This document shows, piece by piece, positions 53,612 through 64,000 of a DNA stretch of 64,000 bases. Location of the stretch: the NCBI GenBank assembly GCA_963713605.1, contig CAVQMO010000001.1:288001-352000 (forward strand), given 5' to 3'. Position numbers and translations under genes: made by a program. How positions within the stretch are numbered: position 1 is the stretch's first letter; each line of letters begins with the position of its first letter. This DNA is from an uncultured Nitrososphaerales archaeon. Lineage in GTDB: Archaea; Thermoproteota; Nitrososphaeria; Nitrososphaerales; Nitrososphaeraceae. The notes below the pieces were generated by a model. The model had not been told where the DNA came from. It saw nothing but the letters and a program-made list of their open reading frames with translations, and did no database searches.

Positions 53612-54087
53612 CAACCAATCTAGTTTTCCAAGAATCTTTTATAATAACGTGTGCACGAAAGGTAATCGACTACATAGACGAAATAAAAAATACAAAGATC
53701 AATGATTCAGACCTGCGTAAACTCACAACTTCATTCCAGACTTTAGTTGAGGCCTGCAACGCGAAACCGATGAAAAACTTTCCCATTAAAAGCATCGATG
53801 AACCAATTAATATGGTGGAATTTCAGATTAGAAGCACTTATTCTCCAGGTCTGAATTTTGCGGAGGTACCAAGCTCCATTGTTGATAGTCTCAAACAGGC
53901 AGAGAACACTATGGACGAGACACGATGCCTGGATGCTTTATGTGTGTTAAGAGACTATTGTAATATAGTAGTATATTCAAGGTTTGATCGCGGTTCAAAA
54001 CTGGAACCAAAAAAATTAGACGATTGGAACTCGTCTAGCAAGATATCAAGTCACTTGGCAAATGGAGAAGACTCATGTATAACTTAG
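53608..54087 (+). CDS. hypothetical protein of the integrated element
   Basis: 159 aa ORF overlapping both neighbours. Confidence 0.65.
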   Translation: MTTNLVFQESFIITCARKVIDYIDEIKNTKINDSDLRKLTTSFQTLVEACNAKPMKNFPIKSIDEPINMVEFQIRSTYSPGLNFAEVPSSIVDSLKQAENTMDETRCLDALCVLRDYCNIVVYSRFDRGSKLEPKKLDDWNSSSKISSHLANGEDSCIT

Positions 54088-56088
54088 AAGAAGAATCCAA
54101 TAAAGGTTGCGACCTTGACTTCGACAAACACGTAATACCGCTTTTTCGAATGGGTTTCAATACAATACCACTGAGACGAGATTCTGTTACTCCAAATCTG
54201 AAATCTATCTCCGACATCTACAATAATCCGGAATCTTTGACCGAAGAGAATCTTCAACAGAATCGTCATTTATTTTATAATGTTGCAACTATTCTCGGAA
54301 AGAGCCATATCAAAGATAAAGACGGTAAAGATCTGCACTTAAATTGCTTAGATATTGACTCGGTTAGCAATAATCTCTATGAAAGGTCGGGATGTATACT
54401 TAATTAATGAACTTTGTAAATCGACGTATGTAACTAAAACTAAGAAGAAAAATGGGTACCAATATCTATTGGTTTAGTCATCGCCGAAATACTCCAATTC
54501 GAACTAGTGATTGTAAATTTGGTTATCAATTTGAAATAAAGACCGGTAACGGCGGACATTGTACGCTTTCCGCCCAGTTCACATAGAGCCGATCCAAATT
54601 ATCATTATAAGAATATTGGTCAAAATGCTATTGCTATTAGAGACGATTTATACCATGGGCTGGTTGATCTCTTATCTGATTTCAAAAGAGAGAAGCCTTC
54701 AGCCTCGCGTAGACAGTTATAAATCAAATGACGCCAGATTATATGATGAAATATCGCTCTCGGACTGTTCGCTTATTGCCTCAGCAATCGCCAGCGCATA
54801 TCGCCACGGTTCAAGAGACGAAATTATATTTGTCTTTTCTGGCTATTTATGGCGTGAGAACGTTGACTAGAGACTGCTAAAACCATCGTTAGTGAGCTTT
54901 GTAAGATAACTGCAGACGAACAGTTGAGATACTAGAACAAGTGGTGGGTCTTGTACGCTGCGAACAGAATTATTGATGAAACTTCAGAGGTGCTGACTAA
55001 ACACAAGAACACAGTGGTTCTAGAACTTGACCAAAATATTCGCAATGAACTTTCGGGTCACATCTTTGAAGCAACTTGCTACACCCCACCAACCTTCGTC
55101 GTCAGCTCATGCTGTAAAGAAGCAAATATTGACATTCAAAGCTGTTAGAAATAAAATCCACAGCGATCAAAAAATAGAACGTCTCATGTGGGGAGAAGTC
55201 ATCGTAAATGCTATACCAGTAAAAATTGTCTCTTATGAAAACCCACTCGATAATACTACTATTAAATATCAACTTGAGTTTATATCGCCGACTGGAGAAT
55301 CATTCACAACTAAGCCTAAGACTTCAATAGAAATTGCGTCAGAACTGCGGATGAGAGGGTTAGTGTATAAACCACGGGTCGTCGAAGAAGCATTGAATGC
55401 TATTCTAAACGGTGCCCGCCGTAATCAAAAAATGAAGATATTGCGACAGATTGATAAAGCTGGATTCTACTACGATGGCGGTAAAATAGTTAGTACTGGC
55501 ATTAAACAAGACCTGGATTATCCGTCAATAGAAGTTCTTCGAAGATGTGCTCAATTTCTTAATGAATTAGTTTCTAGGTCAAAACATCCAGAAATGCTAG
55601 TAACGGAGATAAAGTGGGGAATACTAGCCCCATTCAGTTTTATTCTCAAGCAACTTAGTGACGAAGGTAGAGAGAGATGGATGCCTTAGTTATATCTAGA
55701 TGGGTACACAAGAACTAGCAAAACTACCGATAGTACAGTGGTTCTGGCTATCTATAGAAGGCAGAAAGATAAAGTTGGATTATCCAGCGCCAATAATATC
55801 GCACGCCTTGGTGAAGCAATAAGTCGTGATACTTTTCCAAAATTGATTGATGAAGTCAAATTGGATCCCAAAATTCAAGGCGATCTGATTGAAGCGATAA
55901 AACATGCTGTGCAAGGTAAAATAGCTAGAACAAAGCTCTCCGTTACATCGGAACCAATCGATATCCATGCATTTAGTCCATGCATATTTACGAGCAATCA
56001 CCAGTTACCCACGGATCCAGCTTTTCGCAGACGGTTTTTGAATTTTCATTACCCACACGTTGACAAGCCTTACCTGGCTATAATTTGA
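54075..56088 (+). pseudogene. fragmented bifunctional primase-polymerase plus P-loop helicase-like replication protein
   Basis: GFNTIPL...NVATILG...LDIDS, TKTKK.NGY.IYW, FEIKT...CTL; later LYLDGYTRTSKTT, LIDEV, IFTSN, AFRRRF; frameshifts, an in-frame TAG at 55687 and truncation. Confidence 0.75.
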
Positions 56089-56289
56089 CTTCGCTGATCT
56101 TAATGATGCGTACATTAGTATGGCTATTCGTCTTTATGGCTAGACAGTTTTTAGCATAAAGTTATGAGGTAAGCCGCAAAGGCTGTGGCTTCTTGGAAAA
56201 GCCTTCATCATTTTCCCTAATTGAAAAACTTCACTCATTAATTGAAGATGTTGAACGGCATTCTGAACGATGGTTGAACACTGGTTGAA

Positions 56290-56607
56290 CTACAGTTGGA
56301 AGAACATAAGGTAAAACCTTTTTGCACTTTTGAACATTTTGAAAGAAAAGAGCTCGTCTTTCAATATCTCTGTAGGCCTTAGTGCTATAGTCGTATGAGA
56401 CTGAGACTGCTGTCTAATTAAGTAATTCGGGACCGGATTCGGAAAATAATATCCCTGTCGCCGACCGGTCAGATAATCAATGAAAGAAACAATGTTGGCA
56501 AGACCATTATGTAAATTCATTATGTGCCGCTTAACGCTATATTTTCTGCTAGAATACATTCCACATGTTGAACAAGCCCACCTGGGTTTAGAACCCATTC
56601 TGAACAC
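56290..56607 (-). CDS. C2H2-type Zn-finger protein
   Basis: WACSTCGMYSSRKYSVKRHIMNLH. Confidence 0.75.
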   Translation of the reverse strand: MFRMGSKPRWACSTCGMYSSRKYSVKRHIMNLHNGLANIVSFIDYLTGRRQGYYFPNPVPNYLIRQQSQSHTTIALRPTEILKDELFSFKMFKSAKRFYLMFFQL

Positions 56608-57030
56608 CTGTAAACGAAATGGCGCAGAGCTTCTCTGTGAAACTCATTCTGATCTGTTCACAATGCTATGATAGAACAATCTTCTATAAAAATATTACAT
56701 TTTACGTCGGTTTGGGCAGCATCACAGATTAACTGGGACGCACCTTTTCGTCTAACTGCTATCTATAGTGTTAATCGGCGCTGTGGCTACTGGATTGATA
56801 TTGGCATTACTTTATTTCTCGAGTATCTGGGCTCGAATTTGGTAATAGACACATGGCATTGTTTCGTGGGTAACTCAATTTCACAGTCAATCTGTTTGCG
56901 AAGTATTGATGATATCAATCTGTCGATTTACGAGAGGTTTCGACTAGTCAACCGTCAGAGAATAGTACTTTATTCTATAAGAGATTAACGTTAATATTAT
57001 ATAGACGTTTTCTGTATTGTGTGACTACGA

Positions 57031-57399
57031 ATGAAAAAGAGCGTATTGATGGGACTAATTACAACAATCGCAGTTCTAACAACGGCGACAGCTTCTATCA
57101 GTCCAACAACAGTTCTTGCTAGCAGTAACCCCAGCGACCATCCAAATAACGCCGGCGATGCAAGTTCTCAACTTGCGCAGTCTGATGATTTTGACGACGA
57201 TGACACTCCCGGAGGCGCGATGGGTGACCATTCACGGGAAGGGGATTCAGCAGGAGAAGCCCCATTCGATGAGGATCCGCTTACGGGAGAACCAGATAAG
57301 CCTGGAAGATTAGGTTTAGGCACTGACGAACTCGCCGGAGGAAATCCAGGCGGACTACTCTGTAATCTGGCCAACGAACCATTCAGCCTCGAACGATGA
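57031..57399 (+). CDS. small secreted acidic Gly/Asp-rich protein
   Basis: signal peptide MKKSVLMGLITTIAVL...TVLA; TATA-like element at ~56995. Confidence 0.75.
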   Translation: MKKSVLMGLITTIAVLTTATASISPTTVLASSNPSDHPNNAGDASSQLAQSDDFDDDDTPGGAMGDHSREGDSAGEAPFDEDPLTGEPDKPGRLGLGTDELAGGNPGGLLCNLANEPFSLER

Positions 57400-57707
57400 C
57401 GATGTCGAGTGTTAGCAGGAACACTCCACTTTTTTTGGATGAAGTTACTCAATCAATCGGGTTTCGCAAGAGATAAAAAATCAATAGCACTGCATCAGGT
57501 CATTCGTAAGTATAATTGTGTTCCCAATCCGGAAGGGGTTCTAGAATTGTGTCAAATTTGTCTCACATTCCACCGAACCCGGTTATCATACGGGTTCATA
57601 TACATCTGGAAGCATCAATCTTACCATTAAATCCGACCTAGATAATATCCGGTTGTGAGCGACATGTTATTCGATATAGGGCCATTAATTCCCGTCAAAT
57701 TTGTTCA

Positions 57708-57724
57708 GAATCCGACCCGGCCCA
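57708..57724 (+). repeat. attR-like duplication of tRNA-Val 3' end
   Basis: identical to 53318-53334; extends upstream as GTTC(A)GAA with one inserted base. Confidence 0.8.
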
Positions 57725-58054
57725 ATTTAAATATGCATGGATCTATAGGGCTGAGTATAGAGCGTTGTAGATTAATAGTAAAGTCTTCAGGTAAATTTCC
57801 GAAGCTGCAGTCCTCCCATGCGGGCCGCTTAGCCGATCCGGTGTCAAGATTCATGTTGCCAGAAGACTTATAGCCTCAAATTATCCGCAGTTTACCATCT
57901 ACTTATTAATTTATAAAGAAACTAGCTTAGAACGCATGGGCATTGGTTACGAAATCGCATTTCGACCGTTACGCTGCTAATTGTAATATTAAGCCCTAAT
58001 AAATCCACATCAGCAATAAGCAAGCTGTAAGAACAAAGATATGGATATAATACT

Positions 58055-58771
58055 ATGCGAATTCCCCGAGTATTGTCGGAATTGTGGCTGAGGTTCTGTA
58101 GCCACATTCATGAAACTGTCAGACCAAAATACGACGTCGGGATGAGAAAGCTCACTCTCGCGCCCGTTTTGGCGACAGCAGGAATCGCAGCATACAGGGA
58201 ACTAAACCAGGCCCAATACGATAAGGCCATAACTGATAAACACCTTCGAAGTCTAGAATATTTGGGTCTATTTAGCAGGGAAGCTGCTGAAAAGGAAATG
58301 TCTTCGAGGGTCACAAAGGCCACCAGTGTTGTGTTGAACAGACCGACAAAAAACAAGAATATAGGAAAGCAAAGGAGAATAATGATAGTCGATGACGAAC
58401 AGGATGTCACCTTCTTGTTTAAGATAATTCTCGAAGATGTGCATCATGACCCAACTTTCTCCTGCAAAGTAGACTCGTTTAACGACCCACTCGTTGCGTT
58501 GGAAAATTATATGGAGGGCTTATACGATCTAATAATTATAGATATAGTGATGCCCAAAATGGACGGATTCAAGCTATACAAAGAATTAAGAAAAAAAGAC
58601 AAGGACGCAAAGGCATGCTTCTTGACTGCGGGCGAAATGTACTATGAGGAGTACCCGAAAACATGTATTTCCGGAAGTATCTGCAGATAAGATTATCCGA
58701 AAGCCGATCTCTAATGAAGAATTAATTAGGACAATAAAGGGGTATTTCAAAACCTAACTTTTGTTGGCTGA
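58055..58771 (+). CDS. response-regulator receiver protein (start uncertain, C-terminal frameshift)
   Basis: IMIVDDE, DLIIIDIVMPKMDGF, FLTA; alternative frame gives IIRKPIS. Confidence 0.85.
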
Positions 58772-59014
58772 AAACAGTCTGGCATTGAAATGAACACGGT
58801 TTCAAGCGGATAGTAATCGATGGTCCGGGAGGCAATAAGGCAAGTTCGTCATATGAATCCAATATGACCTTCTCCATCATAGGACTAGGTTCTGCCACAA
58901 TGTAACTGAATGTGGACAATTGGTACTGTGCTGCCAAAATTTTTAGGGAAGCAGACCTCCTCTTTAAACAGCAAATTTTTGAAGAAATAAAAGGAAGTGC
59001 CGTTCTACTCTAGA

Positions 59015-59761
59015 TTAGTTTCCCGAGGTCTCATTATCAACAGCTACGTTCGATGATTCCTCAGTAAAATCCTCAAGATATATATCCATATATCTCTTCA
59101 ATCTCTCCCATGATTTCCGTATATCTTCGTTTGCTGGTTTTTTGATTGCGTACTTCCCTGCAAACGGGATTTCCTCGATTTCAATGGACCCTATTGATGG
59201 AATACTTTGGTAAATTGAATTCCCAGGTGTAGTTTCGGCGAATTCACTGTCTAAACCTCCGTGTAGTTTTTCGGATAGGCCTAGCAACGTATCCTCTCCT
59301 GCGATTGGTTCAGTATCATTCATGTACCATCTTCTGACCTCTTTTTCAACACTTTGTGCTTCAGCGGATGATACTCCTGTTAAATCCTTAATCTCAAGCC
59401 AAAGGTTCTCAGGCAGCTCTCTCTTGAATTTCTTGTAAAATTCGTTCCATAGGGATACTTTTAGTACCGACTCGCGAAGCAATTGTTTTCGATGATCTTC
59501 GTCACGCGGGTATAGAACATCTTCACCATTTTTTGTGACTCTAAATTTTCCTCTTCCCTCTAGTAATCCATAACTGATTAAACTATTTATTCTCCTGTAA
59601 AAGCCACCGCTTGTTGGTGTCTTGTATCCGAGCAAGAGAGCAAGGTCGTTTGCATGAATCTGTCTATCTACGCTTTTGACATTATCATATATCTTCTTGA
59701 TGTCGTTGAAGGCCCCTGAATTGAATCTGACCTCAGGAATTTCGTATGAACCAATTCGCAA
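59015..59761 (-). CDS. winged-helix DNA-binding protein
   Basis: LA..LGY...SGGF..RI.SL.SYGLL......VT..G. Confidence 0.65.
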   Translation of the reverse strand: MRIGSYEIPEVRFNSGAFNDIKKIYDNVKSVDRQIHANDLALLLGYKTPTSGGFYRRINSLISYGLLEGRGKFRVTKNGEDVLYPRDEDHRKQLLRESVLKVSLWNEFYKKFKRELPENLWLEIKDLTGVSSAEAQSVEKEVRRWYMNDTEPIAGEDTLLGLSEKLHGGLDSEFAETTPGNSIYQSIPSIGSIEIEEIPFAGKYAIKKPANEDIRKSWERLKRYMDIYLEDFTEESSNVAVDNETSGN

Positions 59762-59996
59762 TTTGTTTGATTATCTTTCCATTTGTCGTTATTAAATTTG
59801 CTTTACCGTGGGTCACACGCTTTACAACTGAAATTACTTTTTTCCCAGTCAATCTCTGGTCCTACGAGCTTAGTTTTTCACTAAGTTGTTGAGAGCATTG
59901 AGGTCATACTGAAAAAGCAGAACGGCAGTGCCTATGACAGAACAAGATATTCAAAAGTCTAGGAGGTTATGATTTGTTATGTCTGTCTATTTCAAA

Positions 59997-61127
59997 TCAT
60001 GCATAGTAGGTCTTCAACGCCAAAATTAGTCTATCGATATCGCCTTCGTCATTATAAAAATGAGGTGATACCCTTATCCCCCCGCCTCGCGCAGACACTA
60101 TTATTCGCCTTTTTCCTAGATAAGCGACCAAATGTTCAGGTGATCTACTTTTGAATACTATGATGGCAGATCTGTGCATATTTTCTAGAGGAGAAAGGAT
60201 CCGAATTTTCAATTCAGCAAGTCTATCGATAAGATACTGTGTGAGATACAGTATTCTTTCTTCGATCCGAAGAATGTTAATTTTTGAAATATATCTAACA
60301 GCTGCATTTAATGCAATGATATTTGGAAAGTGTGGCGTACTGAGCTCAAATTTTGAAGCGTTCTTGGACATCCTGATTTTCATGTTATCAAAATGCTCTC
60401 TGTCATTTTGTCCAAATTGACTAAAAAATGGGGGGGTCATTCCTGATTCCTTTTCTAGCAATTTACTCTGAATGTAGAGTGTTCCTATTCCAAAGGAAGA
60501 AAGCAACCATTTGTGGCCATTAGCCACTGTAAAATCAACCCCAAGTTTACTGACATCGAAATTCATTGCTCCGATCGACTGGGTTGCGTTGATCACTAGG
60601 TAGAGATTTTTTTCACCACAAATTTTGCTTAGTGTTTCCAAGTCTTGTTTGAATCCCGTTGAATACTGAACATGGCTGGTGATGATTGTTCGAGTTTTTC
60701 TTCCTATTGCTTCTCGAATACGCTCGATGGGCACAGTCCCATTTCGGGATTGAATTATTGTCATATGTGCTCCCCTGTTAATCCATGGTAGATTTGATGA
60801 CGGAAACTCTAAATCGTTTGATATTGCATGGCCGCGGTTTGCGAGCAAGTGAGCTATAATATTCATTCCCTCACTCGTTGAGTGAGTGAATGCGATTTCT
60901 TCGAAATTGGCCCCAATAAAGGTAGCGTACCTTCTACGAGCTTCTTCAACGCAATCAATCCATTTCTGCCAGTAATTTCCACCGTATAACATACTCTCTT
61001 TGTAAAATTCCGATACTGCGTTTTGAACCTGACTTGGGATTGGAGAGATTGCCGCGTTCGCCAAATATGTATACCTCTTGGTGACTGGGAAGTCATCTCG
61101 TAGTCTGCGCCAATACGTAGATTTCAA
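59997..61127 (-). CDS. class V PLP aminotransferase / cysteine desulfurase-like
   Basis: YLANAAISP, STSEG, NATQSIG, GHKWL, RVSPHFYN. Confidence 0.93.
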   Translation of the reverse strand: MKSTYWRRLRDDFPVTKRYTYLANAAISPIPSQVQNAVSEFYKESMLYGGNYWQKWIDCVEEARRRYATFIGANFEEIAFTHSTSEGMNIIAHLLANRGHAISNDLEFPSSNLPWINRGAHMTIIQSRNGTVPIERIREAIGRKTRTIITSHVQYSTGFKQDLETLSKICGEKNLYLVINATQSIGAMNFDVSKLGVDFTVANGHKWLLSSFGIGTLYIQSKLLEKESGMTPPFFSQFGQNDREHFDNMKIRMSKNASKFELSTPHFPNIIALNAAVRYISKINILRIEERILYLTQYLIDRLAELKIRILSPLENMHRSAIIVFKSRSPEHLVAYLGKRRIIVSARGGGIRVSPHFYNDEGDIDRLILALKTYYA

Positions 61128-61451
61128 TTTGTAATCAAGTCTTCAGATTAAATGGGCTATATGATTTTCCTCTAGAAATCTAGTTTTGTAGACTAATGGC
61201 TGTGTACATGACAAACCTCCTCACGTAGAACTGCGAAAAATTTATGCGCATCAACTTATAAAAAGGGCAACGATATAGATCATATAGGGCGATTTCGATC
61301 AACGTATTCATTGTAGGATATTGTGAAATATCACCGAATGATGTCAGCTTACGAGAAGGGGTATACTAGTCTCTGGAATCAAACGTACTTACTAAACAAA
61401 ACCTAGCTTCAACTTTTCTTAAAGGAAAAAGGCGAGGCGATAAAATATTTC

Positions 61452-62360
61452 GTGGGACGGTTATTGGTGCTCGCTGGTTATAGCGCACTCATGTTGATCC
61501 TCGTCGCGTTTGCAGTAGGTGAAGGAGCCCTCCCGATCTTTTCTCATGAAGGCTTTCAATTTGTCATAGGTACTGATTGGAACGCTGTGTATGGGCGTGA
61601 GTCATTTGGCGCACTACCATATATCATAGGTACTTTGCTTAGTTCCGCCATTGCGATGGCTATAGGAGTGCCCATTAGTCTAGGGATAGCCATCTTTGTC
61701 ACAGAGATGGCTCCTCATCGGATTAGTACCCCCCTATCCTTCGTAGTTGAATTACTCGCTGCAGTGCCAAGCATCATATACGGCCTATGGGCTTTGTTTG
61801 TATTTAGATTCTGGGTAAGGGATTTGATCGAACGTCCTCTGTATGAGCATTTGAATTGGATTCCATTTTTTGATAAAACTCCCTTTGGCCTGGATATCTT
61901 TACTGCGGGGATCGTTCTTTCCATTATGATTATTCCAATTATCTCCTCTATAACAAGGGAGATACTTCGTGTTGTCCCTAATTCTCAGCGGGAGGCTGCA
62001 TATAGCCTTGGTGCGACAAGGTGGGGAACCCTGAGGACTGCAGTCTTTCCCTATGCTAAATCAGGTATACTCGGTGCTTCATTTTTGGGGCTAGGCCGAG
62101 CTATAGGTGAAACTATTCTTGTTACGATGATAATAGGAAATGCGATAGGTCCGGCTGCAATTCCGACTACCCTGTTTTCACAAGGTCAATCGCTGGCAAG
62201 TCTTATTGCAAACGAATTCAACGAAGCAGTATCAGATTTGCATCTTTCGGCGCTAATTGGTCTGGGCGCTATCTTATTGTTACTGTCTATGGTAATAAAT
62301 ATTGGCGCAAGGTTAATGGTTTCGAGGATGGTCAAATCAGTTCCAGGAGGGAGAGAATAG
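61452..62360 (+). CDS. pstC: phosphate ABC transporter permease PstC (true N-terminus probably upstream, frameshifted)
   Basis: ELLAAVPSIIYGLW, REAAYSLGATRW, GRAIGET. Confidence 0.96.
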   Translation: MGRLLVLAGYSALMLILVAFAVGEGALPIFSHEGFQFVIGTDWNAVYGRESFGALPYIIGTLLSSAIAMAIGVPISLGIAIFVTEMAPHRISTPLSFVVELLAAVPSIIYGLWALFVFRFWVRDLIERPLYEHLNWIPFFDKTPFGLDIFTAGIVLSIMIIPIISSITREILRVVPNSQREAAYSLGATRWGTLRTAVFPYAKSGILGASFLGLGRAIGETILVTMIIGNAIGPAAIPTTLFSQGQSLASLIANEFNEAVSDLHLSALIGLGAILLLLSMVINIGARLMVSRMVKSVPGGRE

Positions 62361-63280
62361 TGTCTGGAAATACAGATAGGCATCCCGAGCGATTCCACAG
62401 AAAAGAAGTGCAGAGGGTGATGGTCAAAAACGCAAGAAAGGCTAAGATTATTGATAAAATAGTTAGCATATTTGCAATCGCATGTGTTATTTTAGCAGTT
62501 ATCCCATTGACTAGTATATTAATTGAGGTAGTAAAGAACGGGATCGCCGCATTCAATTGGGATTTCTTGACAGGAAGACCGTCTGCTATTGGTCGAGCCG
62601 GTGGTGGTATAGCCCCTGCAATTCAGGGAACTTTGATCGTGGTAGGATTGGCAACGATGATAGGAGCACCGATTGGAATACTTACTGGTATCTATTTGTC
62701 AGAGTTTGCTGGGGGTGGTGCATTTCCCAACGGGGTACGATTTTTCAATGAAGTGATGACGGGTTTACCTTCTGTGGTTATGGGGATAGTCGGTTATATT
62801 CTAATTGTCCTCACCCTAGGTTCGTTCTCTGTATGGGCTGGAGCTTTTTCGTTATCACTTATCATGATTCCGATCGTATCCCGTGTTACTGAAGAGACCA
62901 TCAAGATCGTCCCCAACTCAATTCGTGAGGCAGGTCATGCACTCGGTATTCCAAAGTGGAAGGTCACTCTTTTCATAACATTAAAGTCTGCAATTAGCGG
63001 GATTCTGACCGGAGTAGTACTTTCAATAGCGAGAATTGCTGGAGAAACAGCACCACTTATCATGACAATTCTAGGCACTAGCTTATTTTTTACGGGCTTC
63101 AACTCGCCAGTAGACGCCTTACCTCTAAGAATATGGCGTCTCTCTTCCCAACCTTATGATAGTGCCCAAACACAAGCGTGGGGGGCTCCACTTTTTCTCA
63201 TCATGATGGTACTGGTTCTGAGTGTGGCTTTAAGACTGTTAGCACAACGAAGAGGCTTTGCAGTAAAGGCCGAAAGTTAA
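62360..63280 (+). CDS. pstA: phosphate ABC transporter permease PstA
   Basis: GGIAPAIQGT, GLPSVVMG, REAGHALG, ARIAGETAPL. Confidence 0.96.
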   Translation: MSGNTDRHPERFHRKEVQRVMVKNARKAKIIDKIVSIFAIACVILAVIPLTSILIEVVKNGIAAFNWDFLTGRPSAIGRAGGGIAPAIQGTLIVVGLATMIGAPIGILTGIYLSEFAGGGAFPNGVRFFNEVMTGLPSVVMGIVGYILIVLTLGSFSVWAGAFSLSLIMIPIVSRVTEETIKIVPNSIREAGHALGIPKWKVTLFITLKSAISGILTGVVLSIARIAGETAPLIMTILGTSLFFTGFNSPVDALPLRIWRLSSQPYDSAQTQAWGAPLFLIMMVLVLSVALRLLAQRRGFAVKAES

Positions 63281-63523
63281 GAGCTTATATCAATTGTCTT
63301 GTGCAGGGTTCAAAGAATCTGATTCTTGTTGTTCCTCTCTTGTTCCTCTGATGAACCGTGGGTTACTACACGTATTCCATAGTTATTACTTGTCGTTCTC
63401 GAAATTCTCGCTATATACTCTATATTATTTATATAGACAAGTATTTAATCTGCGTCAGTCGAAATATAGTTTATTTGTCCACAAAAGAGACCAGTGAATG
63501 CACTACTGACACTACAAAGGTAT

Positions 63524-64000
63524 ATGGGTGAAAATTTGGCAGCCAAAGAGATTAGTAGTCATTCAGCTGAAACAACAGAACGTGTTGTAGAGTCTAATCG
63601 TGGGTCGAAGGTTTCAATTAAGGGTGTAAATGCATGGTTCGGTTCGAAGCAGGCCCTAAAAGATATTAACTTGGAAATTGAGGAGAATACAGCTACTGCC
63701 TTCATGGGTCCTTCGGGATGCGGCAAAACTACCCTGATAAGGTGCCTAAATCGAATGCATGAGATGACACCGGGGGCTAAAGCCCAGGGTCAGGTAATAC
63801 TAGATGGGATAAACATTTACGACAAGTCCATTGATCCCGTTATAATAAAAAGAAGAATCGGTATGGTTTTTCAGAAACCTAATCCTTTTCCTACCATGAG
63901 TATTTTTGACAACGTCGCAGCGGGTCTGAAGTTAAACGGTATCAAAGACAAGAAGCTGATTAGGGAAATAGTAGAGGAAAGCTTAGACGGCGCAGGTCTT
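63524..64000 (+). CDS. pstB: phosphate ABC transporter ATPase PstB (runs off window end)
   Basis: manual translation GPSGCGKTT, CLNRMHE, GMVFQKPNPFPTMSIFDNV. Confidence 0.95.
   Translation, partial: MGENLAAKEISSHSAETTERVVESNRGSKVSIKGVNAWFGSKQALKDINLEIEENTATAFMGPSGCGKTTLIRCLNRMHEMTPGAKAQGQVILDGINIYDKSIDPVIIKRRIGMVFQKPNPFPTMSIFDNVAAGLKLNGIKDKKLIREIVEESLDGAGL

Larger units (their letters stand above)
53318..57724. mobile_element. integrated plasmid-like element at tRNA-Val 3' end
   Basis: 17-bp direct repeat GAATCCGACCCGGCCCA at 53318-53334 and 57708-57724, enclosing prim-pol/helicase remnants. Confidence 0.72.

Noticed and set aside
56668..56988. 106-aa ORF inside the element as a possible integrase fragment
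   Set aside because: No R...HxxR...Y or serine-recombinase motifs; the composition looks non-coding.

Overview
Archaeal chromosomal window. The gene content (rpl19e/rpl32e, aIF6, Cbf5, Dph2, GINS, archaeal SRP RNA, intron-containing tRNA, CobT/BluB, AcnX, many small Zn-finger and Lrp proteins) fits an ammonia-oxidising archaeon of the Nitrososphaeraceae type; this taxonomy is inferred. Most of the window is housekeeping genes. About 18 genes from 15 kb onward are split by single-base frameshifts, most likely sequencing or assembly indels. Highlights: (1) a GC-rich ~2.9 kb gene (30875-33769) which, read in the GCN frame, encodes a signal-peptide-bearing, spider-silk-like protein of poly-Ala blocks separated by Gly turns, followed by acidic Pro-rich repeats and two Cys-paired modules; (2) a ~4.4 kb integrated plasmid-like element at tRNA-Val(GAC), bounded by a 17-bp direct repeat and carrying RHH, prim-pol/helicase and cargo genes but no visible integrase; (3) proteins resembling eukaryote-associated families: an OSTC/DC2-like OST subunit, an arcadin-1-like protein and a membrane-anchored class I PDE-like HD protein. 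All family calls come from motif recognition by eye, not from database searches.
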